Shown: one piece after another, positions 57,298-64,000 of the stretch
Layout of the letters: every line of letters starts with the position of its first letter
Numbering within the stretch: the first letter of the stretch is position 1
DNA from: Candidatus Campbellbacteria bacterium
Lineage (GTDB): Bacteria > Patescibacteriota > Minisyncoccia > Phycocordibacterales > JAXHMZ01
Length of the DNA: 64,000 nt
Reading direction: 5' to 3'
NCBI GenBank assembly: GCA_034521025.1
Contig: JAXHMZ010000005.1
Coordinates: 197,176 to 261,175, forward strand
Notes under the pieces: model-generated
Told to the model about the DNA's origin: nothing
The model's input: only the letters and a program-made list of their open reading frames with translations
Databases searched by the model: none
Program-made: the position numbers and the translations under genes

Positions 57298-58221
57298 ATG
57301 GAAATGTTCTTTACCAATCTAAGAAGAATTATACGATCAGGTTTTGTGGGCTTTTGGAGAAACGCTTTTGTTTCGCTTTCTTCGATGCTAGTTATGGCTG
57401 TTACTATATTTGTGGTAGGAGCTCTTTATTTTACTGGAATTATTCTCGAAGAAACACTTGAAAATATCCGCGAGCGAGTTGACATCAATGTATATATTAC
57501 CCAGGAAGCTACGGAGGAAGAGACCTTGTCGCTTCAAAGTAAGCTTGAGAATTTGGAGCAAGTAGAATCCGTTGAATACACATCGCGAGATCAGGCTCTA
57601 GCGGAATTCCAGGAAGAGAACCCCGACTTCAATGAAGCTTTTGATGTTCTGGAGAAAAACCCGTTAAATGCCTCACTAAATGTTTTAGCAACCGATACTT
57701 CAGAGTATGATCAAATACAATCTTTCCTTGAAAGTAACGCCGCTTTAACAGAAGACGGAGAGAATATAGTAGAGCGCAGTAACTACAACAATAATCAGGT
57801 TGTTATTGAGAGACTAACTTCGATTATGGAGACCACGGAAAGGGTAGGTATATATGCGACGATACTTCTGTTCGTTCTATCAATTATCATTACCTTTAAT
57901 ACAATTCGTTTGGCGATATTTACCTCCCGGGAAGAAATATCTGTTATGCGTCTAGTGGGGGCCAGTAACACTTATATTCGGGGGCCTTTTGTAATTACCG
58001 GGATCATTGGAGGTATATTTGCCGGAACGATAGTCTTGATGATCTTCTACCCTCTGACTTTGTGGTTGGGTCCCCAGGCCCAAAACTTCTTTGGAAGCGT
58101 GAACATTTTCGATCACTATATTGATAACTTCTTGGAACTTGCTCTTATTTTTGTAGGTCTAGGTATAATTCTCGGCGCGCTTTCCAGTTTCCTCGCGGTG
58201 CGTCGTTACCTCTATTATTAA
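57298..58221 (+). CDS. ftsX: Cell division permease FtsX
   Basis: NTIRLAI..SREEI.VMRLVGASN.YIRGPF; four TM segments; follows ftsE. Confidence 0.93.
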   Translation: MEMFFTNLRRIIRSGFVGFWRNAFVSLSSMLVMAVTIFVVGALYFTGIILEETLENIRERVDINVYITQEATEEETLSLQSKLENLEQVESVEYTSRDQALAEFQEENPDFNEAFDVLEKNPLNASLNVLATDTSEYDQIQSFLESNAALTEDGENIVERSNYNNNQVVIERLTSIMETTERVGIYATILLFVLSIIITFNTIRLAIFTSREEISVMRLVGASNTYIRGPFVITGIIGGIFAGTIVLMIFYPLTLWLGPQAQNFFGSVNIFDHYIDNFLELALIFVGLGIILGALSSFLAVRRYLYY

Positions 58222-58260
58222 AATCAACCAAAGCCACACTAATACCTAATATATTCTGTA

Positions 58261-59907
58261 ATGCCACACGATGACCACAAATATGTATTTGTAATTGGAG
58301 GAGTTATGTCTGGTGTCGGCAAAGGTATTACGTCCGCTTCGATCGGTAGTATCTTGCAGGATAAGGGTTATAAAGTAAATTTGGTCAAAGTTGATCCGTA
58401 TCTAAACGTTGATGCGGGAACTATGAACCCCACCGAACACGGCGAAGTGTTCGTTCTAAATAGTGGCCTGGAAACAGATCAAGACCTTGGGAATTACGAG
58501 AGATTTATGGATCGTGACCAAGCGCACGAGGACTATATTACAAGCGGTATGGTCTATAGGGATGTTATAGAGCGCGAGCGCCGGCTTGAGTACGGCGGTA
58601 AATGCGTCGAGGCGGTTCCTCATATTCGTGATGAAATCATTTCTCGTTTTCAGAGAGCGGCGAATAAAAATGATTCCGATGTTTCCGTTATAGAGATAGG
58701 AGGTACGGTAGGAGATTATCAGAATATTATGTTCATTGAAGCGGCTCGTGTTTTGAAGATCTATAATCCCAAGAATGTACAATTTGTTCTTGTTTCCTAT
58801 CTTCCTATTCCGGACAAAATCGGAGAAATGAAAACCAAGCCGACGCAAAATGCCGTGCGGCAGCTTAATTCATACGGAGTACAAACTGATCTATTGATCG
58901 CAAGAAGCGAGAAAGCGCTCGATCAAAAAAGGAAAGAGAAGATAGCTATTTCTTGTAACATATATCCTGACAAGGTGATCTCAGCTCCTGATATAGAAAG
59001 TATTTATGATGTACCGATCAATTTTGAAGCAGATTCTCTGGGTCAAATTCTTTTGGACGGCTTGAAACTAGAGTCGCGTTCAGAAAATGGGTTGATAAAG
59101 TGGCGTGAATTCGTAGATAAAACAAAAAGCGCCGAAAAGAAAGTAAAAATAGCTGTCGTTGGAAAGTACTTTGACAGCGGAGAGTTCCTCCTTTCTGACG
59201 CTTATGTGTCGGTTATAGAAGCTATCAAGTTTTCTTCTTATGAAATGAATGCCGAACCGGAGATCTTTTGGTTGAACTCAAAAGAGTTTGGTAAAGATCC
59301 TGAAAAGGTTGAAGAGCTTCGCGAATATGACGGCATTATAGTACCAGGTGGATTCGGAGAAAGGGGTATAGAAGGGAAGATAAATGTTATTCGGTTTGCC
59401 CGAGAGGAAAGAACTCCTTACTTCGGACTTTGTTATGGAATGCAACTGTTGTTAGTTGAGTACGCTCGCAATGTTCTTGGTCTCGATGATGCCAACACAG
59501 CTGAGATCGATCCAGACGCCGATCATTTGATAATAGACGTAATGGAGTCGCAAAAAGATAATATCGAAAACTCAAAAATGGGCGGGACGATGCGTCTGGG
59601 TACATATGAGGCTAAACTGAAAGAAGGGTCTATGGTACGTCGCGCCTACGGCAAGGACTCAATAGAGGAGCGCCACCGTCACCGCTATGAAGTCAATCCG
59701 GCTTATCGAGAGCAGTTAGAAAAAAGCGGTATGATCTTTTCCGGAGTTTCTCCAGACGGTTCTTTGGCAGAAATTTCTGAACTTCCAGAAACAGAACACC
59801 CGTTTTTTGTTGGTACTCAGTTTCACCCTGAGTTTCTCGCTCGACCTCTCCGACCACATCCTCTCTTTAATCTTTTCATAAAAACAGCTTTGGACAGGCA
59901 AAAATAG
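58261..59907 (+). CDS. pyrG: CTP synthase
   Basis: GGVMSGVGKG, DPYLNVDAGTM, KTKPTQ, PGGFG, GLCYGMQ, RHRHRYE, QFHPE. Confidence 0.98.
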   Translation: MPHDDHKYVFVIGGVMSGVGKGITSASIGSILQDKGYKVNLVKVDPYLNVDAGTMNPTEHGEVFVLNSGLETDQDLGNYERFMDRDQAHEDYITSGMVYRDVIERERRLEYGGKCVEAVPHIRDEIISRFQRAANKNDSDVSVIEIGGTVGDYQNIMFIEAARVLKIYNPKNVQFVLVSYLPIPDKIGEMKTKPTQNAVRQLNSYGVQTDLLIARSEKALDQKRKEKIAISCNIYPDKVISAPDIESIYDVPINFEADSLGQILLDGLKLESRSENGLIKWREFVDKTKSAEKKVKIAVVGKYFDSGEFLLSDAYVSVIEAIKFSSYEMNAEPEIFWLNSKEFGKDPEKVEELREYDGIIVPGGFGERGIEGKINVIRFAREERTPYFGLCYGMQLLLVEYARNVLGLDDANTAEIDPDADHLIIDVMESQKDNIENSKMGGTMRLGTYEAKLKEGSMVRRAYGKDSIEERHRHRYEVNPAYREQLEKSGMIFSGVSPDGSLAEISELPETEHPFFVGTQFHPEFLARPLRPHPLFNLFIKTALDRQK

Positions 59908-59943
59908 TTCTGGTTTTTTAATTTTACAATCTTTTTTGCATAG

Positions 59944-59979
59944 AAATAAAAATCCTTGGCATTACTAATGCCAAGGATT
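59944..59979 (-). terminator. Terminator hairpin between convergent pyrG and the DUF1653-like gene
   Basis: AATCCTTGGCATTA-C-TAATGCCAAGGATT; T-rich tract on the minus strand. Confidence 0.75.
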
Positions 59980-59986
59980 CAAGTAT

Positions 59987-60328
59987 CTATGGATACATTT
60001 CCTGACGGATCCTTGCTAGCTCTGCGGTGGTTATGGGATCGGTAATTTTTTGAAAAAGCAAAACTATCTCCCCGCTTTCCTTTGCGGTTTCTAGCCACAT
60101 TTCAAGAGGTCGTATGTAAAAACAAGGAACTCCGAACTCTTTTGATGCTTTGTAGGCCGGAGATTCATACAAGGGACGATAGACGAGGAACATCCTGTCG
60201 TTCTCGGTGTGGAAACCAATTCCGGTTACTTCGTAAGCGTAGTTGTTTATTGATTCCTGTGGATCGTGCTTTTGGTGGTAGTAGAAACCAGGTTCCGGCA
60301 CTCGCGAAAACGTCTTCAGTGACATCAA
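59987..60328 (-). CDS. DUF1653-like small protein
   Basis: GFYYH.K...YEV.GIG.HTE....VYRPLY...RPL.MW pattern; AAAGGAGG SD; TGcTAGTAT upstream. Confidence 0.7.
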   Translation of the reverse strand: MMSLKTFSRVPEPGFYYHQKHDPQESINNYAYEVTGIGFHTENDRMFLVYRPLYESPAYKASKEFGVPCFYIRPLEMWLETAKESGEIVLLFQKITDPITTAELARIRQEMYP

Positions 60329-60398
60329 GTCCCTCCTTTCGTCTGCCTCTTTGATAATACTAGCACGTCTACTATGCCTGAGAAAATACTAAAGGAGT

Positions 60399-60520
60399 AC
60401 CTGCCCGAACGGCCAGGCGGTTCTGGTCGGGTGGGTCCGCTCGAACGCCCCCTGAATGAAATTTATTTCGGGCAGGTGCCGTTCGGTACGGGCGGGCTGA
60501 ATCTGTAAGATTCAAGTCTC
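60399..60520. repeat. Nested GC-rich imperfect palindromes (REP/MITE-like)
   Basis: CCTGCCCGAAC..., TCGGGTGGG, TTCGGGCAGG, CCGTTCGGTACGGGCGGG, TGAATCT-GTA-AGATTCA. Confidence 0.65.
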
Positions 60521-60643
60521 GCCCTTTTCAATAAAATTTCTCACAGTATTTATACAATACACGCCGCTGGATAGATGCACTATCCACATTGCTTTCGAAG
60601 AAGAGGTTATATAACTATGCTATAGTCAAGGAAACATAAATTA

Positions 60644-60814
60644 AAAAAGCGGTTTGTATGGTGAAGTAGGGTGAAAGTCCCTCACTGTCGCGCAACGGTT
60701 AGAGTCCGATCCCATACAATGCCTCCCAAGTGGAGCTGCTTATGATGCGCGTGACGTCCTGGTGAACACCTTTCGTATATCACCGAATGCACACGCATCG
60801 GTGATTTATGTTTT
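60644..60814 (+). ncRNA. Cobalamin riboswitch (compact class II / AdoCbl-variant-like) with terminator expression platform
   Basis: TTGTATGG/CCATACAA closing stem; AGG-GTGAAAGT-CCCT T-loop hairpin; CTGTCGCGCAACGG; GTCCGA; CGCGCA complementary to TGCGCG at 60746; terminator ATCACCGA..CGGTGAT-TTATGTTTT; lies upstream of nrdB. Confidence 0.8.
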
Positions 60815-60827
60815 AAACACATAGCGT

Positions 60828-62141
60828 ATGCAAAAGACTTCCATCACAACAATAATTAAACGAGACGGTTCCGAGGAAGCCTTTGATCTTTCCAAGATCA
60901 CCGCAGCGATCTCAAAGGCTTTTGATGCGACCGATACAGGTTCGGCAGAAGAGGCGAAAAAAGTTGCCAATACAGTATATGAAAAGATCGCTACTTTATG
61001 CGATCACGCTTCTGCTGACAGAGACGCAGACGAGCGCTGCAACGATGGCAAGCCCGCCGTCGAGACCATTCAGGATCTTGTCGAAGAATCTCTTATGGAG
61101 CATAACTACCATGAGATAGCCAAACGCTATATCCTCTATCGCAACGAGCGTGCCAAACAGCGTGAACCCGACCTCTTCGAGAAGCGCACAAACCTACGCC
61201 CGTATGAATACCCTGATCTAGTTGAATATGTAGATGCTATTCGGCACTCCTACTGGCTCCATACCGAGTTTAATTTTACGAGTGACGTGCAAGATTTTAA
61301 GGTCAATGTTTCCGACAAGGAGCGTAGTGCGATCAAAAACGCTATGCTTGCAGTCGCTCAGGTTGAAGTAGCGGTTAAGACGTTCTGGGGAGATATTTAT
61401 AAAAAGATGCCAAAGCCCGAGGTAGGTGCTGTTGGCTATACGTTTGCGGAAAGCGAGGTGCGACATATGGACGCGTACGCACATCTTTTGGAAATACTTG
61501 GACTCAACGACGAATTCAAGCGCATAAAAGAGATTCCGGCTATACACGAGCGTCTCACGTATCTCGAAGACATCCTGCAAAGATCCCGCACCAATGACAA
61601 TCGTGAATATACGGAGGCGATTTTGTTATTCTCGCTTTTCACCGAGCACGTATCGCTCTTCTCGCAGTTCCTCATCATTATGTCCTTCAATAGACATAGG
61701 AATCTATTCAAGGGCATATCCAATGCGGTGGAGGCAACCTCGAAAGAGGAACAGATCCATGGACTTTTCGGGAGCGAACTTATTAATCAAATAAAGCGCG
61801 AACACCCCGAATGGTTTGACGATGAACACAAAGAGACGATCTATCAAGTGTGTCGCGACGCGTACGCCGCAGAAGAAAAGATCATTGACTGGATCTACGA
61901 GAAAGGCGAGTTGGATTTCTTGCCGGCTGTTACCGTTAAAGAGTTTGTTAAAAATCGGCTCAACAACTCGCTCGAGAGAATCGGAATGGAAAGACCCTTC
62001 GAGGTAGACGAAAAGCGTATCGAGGAGACCGATTGGTTTGACGATGAAGTGATCGCTACTAAACACAACGACTTTTTCTTCAAACGATCGATCAATTACA
62101 ACAAACGTTCCGCAAGCGTTACCAGTGATGACTTATTTTAA
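60828..62141 (+). CDS. nrdB: Class I ribonucleotide reductase beta subunit with N-terminal ATP-cone
   Basis: IIKRDGSEEAFDLSKI..AI.KA ATP-cone; EVAVK, ESEVRHMDAY, EHVSLFSQF, KEEQIHG, DFF.KRS.NY. Confidence 0.93.
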   Translation: MQKTSITTIIKRDGSEEAFDLSKITAAISKAFDATDTGSAEEAKKVANTVYEKIATLCDHASADRDADERCNDGKPAVETIQDLVEESLMEHNYHEIAKRYILYRNERAKQREPDLFEKRTNLRPYEYPDLVEYVDAIRHSYWLHTEFNFTSDVQDFKVNVSDKERSAIKNAMLAVAQVEVAVKTFWGDIYKKMPKPEVGAVGYTFAESEVRHMDAYAHLLEILGLNDEFKRIKEIPAIHERLTYLEDILQRSRTNDNREYTEAILLFSLFTEHVSLFSQFLIIMSFNRHRNLFKGISNAVEATSKEEQIHGLFGSELINQIKREHPEWFDDEHKETIYQVCRDAYAAEEKIIDWIYEKGELDFLPAVTVKEFVKNRLNNSLERIGMERPFEVDEKRIEETDWFDDEVIATKHNDFFFKRSINYNKRSASVTSDDLF

Positions 62142-62151
62142 ATAGTATATT

Positions 62152-63828
62152 ATGTCGTACCAATGGCTAAATGAAAACTCTCGTACTTTTCTTGAACGTG
62201 GATACCTCCAGAAGGGAGCTACCCCGGAGAGCCGCGTTCGTGAGATCGCTGAGACCGCTGAAAAGATCCTTGAAAAACCCGGTTTTGCTGATAAATTTGA
62301 AAAATACATGGCCGCCGGCTATTACTCGCTCGCTACGCCGGTCTGGATCAACTTTGGCTTAAATACCGGTTTACCGATAAGCTGTTTTGGTTCTTACATT
62401 CCGGATGATATGGCGAACATTCTCTATACTCAGGCGGAGGTGGGAATGATGAGTAAGTTCGGCGGCGGAACGTCGGCTTACTTTGGTGAGCTGCGCGGTC
62501 GTGGCGCGACGATCAAAGATCGCGGGCATTCATCCGGTTCCGTCCATTTTATGCAGCTGTTTGAGACGATCACTAATATTGTCAGTCAGGGCTCGGTACG
62601 GCGCGGACAGTTTTCTCCATATTTGCCGATCGATCATCCGGACATTGAAGAATTCCTTGATATTGGTTCAGAAGGGAATCCTATCCAGAAGCTCACTCAC
62701 GGTGTCACCGTTGATGACAAGTGGCTGCAGGGGATGATCGACGGCGACGAGGATAAGCGCCGTATTTGGGCGAAACTCATCGAACGGCGCGGACAAATGG
62801 GCTATCCCTATATTTTCTTCACTGACAATGTGAACAACAATACCGTTGATGTTTATAAAGATAAGGATCTCAAAATCTACGCGAGCAATCTCTGCACAGA
62901 GATCATGCTTCCGTCGCGGTCAGATTGGTCGTTTGTCTGCGATCTCTCCTCAATGAACCTGCTGTACTATGACGAATGGAAGGACACGGATGCCGTCGAG
63001 ACAATGACGCAACTTCTCGACGCTGTTATGAGCGAGTTTATACAAAAGCTAGAGGCTTTGCGTGATTCGGACGATAAAGATGATCGACTCGCATTCTTGT
63101 TTATGGAGCGCGCGTACAATTTCGCAACCGCGAACCGCGCGATCGGACTCGGCGCACTCGGCTGGCATTCTCTGCTGCAATCGAAAATGATCCCACTCGA
63201 GAGCGATGAAGCGAATGAGATAAATGCTGAGATCTTCAAAACCATTCGTGACAAAGCTTATGCCGCTTCTTCCCAGATGGCTAAGGATTATGGCGAACCC
63301 GAAATTCTCAAAGGCTATGGCCGCCGCAACACAACCGTTATGGCGGTTGCACCGACCACGTCCTCGGCTTTTATTATCGGTCAAGTGTCTCAGAGTATCG
63401 AACCCTACTTCTCTAACTGCTATGTCAAAGACATCGATAAGATGAAGGTAACGATCCGCAATAGCTCGCTTGAGAAGCTGCTTGAAGAAAAAGGAAAAAA
63501 TGATCGCGAAACCTGGAGCAGTATCCGTGACAACGACGGTTCCGTCCAGCACCTCTCATTCCTTAACGAGAATGAAAAAGCTGTCTTTCGCACGTTCGCC
63601 GAGATCGACCAATCTGTGATCATCAAGCAGGCGGCAGATAGGCAAGAGTACATTGATCAGGCCCAGTCTCTCAATCTAATGATCCCGCCGGATATGTCCG
63701 CCAAGGAAATAAACGAACTCTATCTCTTGGCCTGGCGTCAAGGAGTAAAAACACTGTACTACCAACATAGCATGAATGCAGCCCAACAACTCAGCCGAGC
63801 AAAGGTGTGCATTGCGTGTGAAGCATAA
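62152..63828 (+). CDS. nrdA: Class I ribonucleotide reductase alpha subunit (short, no ATP-cone)
   Basis: LPISCF, SNLCTEI, VCDLSS, APTTSS, DQAQSLN, KTLYY, C-terminal CIACEA. Confidence 0.95.
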   Translation: MSYQWLNENSRTFLERGYLQKGATPESRVREIAETAEKILEKPGFADKFEKYMAAGYYSLATPVWINFGLNTGLPISCFGSYIPDDMANILYTQAEVGMMSKFGGGTSAYFGELRGRGATIKDRGHSSGSVHFMQLFETITNIVSQGSVRRGQFSPYLPIDHPDIEEFLDIGSEGNPIQKLTHGVTVDDKWLQGMIDGDEDKRRIWAKLIERRGQMGYPYIFFTDNVNNNTVDVYKDKDLKIYASNLCTEIMLPSRSDWSFVCDLSSMNLLYYDEWKDTDAVETMTQLLDAVMSEFIQKLEALRDSDDKDDRLAFLFMERAYNFATANRAIGLGALGWHSLLQSKMIPLESDEANEINAEIFKTIRDKAYAASSQMAKDYGEPEILKGYGRRNTTVMAVAPTTSSAFIIGQVSQSIEPYFSNCYVKDIDKMKVTIRNSSLEKLLEEKGKNDRETWSSIRDNDGSVQHLSFLNENEKAVFRTFAEIDQSVIIKQAADRQEYIDQAQSLNLMIPPDMSAKEINELYLLAWRQGVKTLYYQHSMNAAQQLSRAKVCIACEA

Positions 63829-63936
63829 ATATATGAAAATCGACACCTCGCCCAATGTGACTCGGTCCTTTTTCCTTGGCCTTTTCCCATAACGATCGTA
63901 CCCGGTTTTAAAGAGAGCGTATCAGAAGTCTGTCGG

Positions 63937-63999
63937 TTAACTAGCTTGCTTAGAGCGTACCACAAACGTCTCAGAAGCTATCTCAATATTGCTATCCTT
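63937..63999 (-). CDS. Possible 3' end of a gene entering from beyond the window
   Basis: Open frame KDSNIEIASETFVVRSKQAS-stop; too short to identify. Confidence 0.25.
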   Translation of the reverse strand, partial: KDSNIEIASETFVVRSKQAS

Positions 64000-64000
64000 C

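Noticed and set aside
60391-60530. tRNA gene
   Set aside because: GTTCG and GATTCAA look like T-loops, but no cloverleaf with an acceptor stem could be built.
63759-63965. 68 aa minus-strand ORF
   Set aside because: It overlaps the nrdA 3' end, starts at TTG without initiation signals and has no recognisable motif.
1-64000. UGA recoding (genetic code 25)
   Set aside because: Conserved genes are uninterrupted under code 11, pgk, gmk and thyA end at TGA at the expected position, and RF2 is present.

Overview
This 64 kb window looks like chromosomal DNA from a Patescibacteria/CPR (Parcubacteria-like) bacterium using genetic code 11. That call is inferred from the missing rpmD (uL30) between rpsE and rplO, a split ComEC, a type IV pilus cluster, SD-less core genes, GYAWSENIGWI-repeat surface proteins and a stand-alone VirD4-like ATPase. 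Very acidic surface and orphan proteins suggest a saline habitat. Gene content: pilB-pilC-minor pilins (pilX-like gene frameshifted), tpiA-pgk, HIT, recJ, rnhA, comEC halves flanking a SOD, rpmB, a site-2 protease, the str/S10/spc ribosomal clusters, gmk plus two adk-like kinases, map, ndk, a shortened prfB, ftsEX, pyrG and a class I ribonucleotide reductase (ATP-cone on NrdB). A 13.7 kb block separates fusA from tuf. It holds two giant signal-peptide fibre genes with peptidase-S74-like chaperones that share a 621 bp near-identical promoter plus N-terminus and are assembled from reshuffled modules joined at conserved 20-23 bp DNA hinges; this is the best candidate for an undescribed system. 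Other notable signals: a probable cobalamin riboswitch with terminator/antiterminator upstream of nrdB, a 38-40 bp perfect palindrome present twice 35 kb apart, clusters of REP-like palindromes, and three translation-initiation styles (leaderless-like, SD-less, and strong-SD accessory genes). No rRNA, tRNA, CRISPR array, integrase or transposase was recognised. All family calls come from motif recognition by eye, not database searches.
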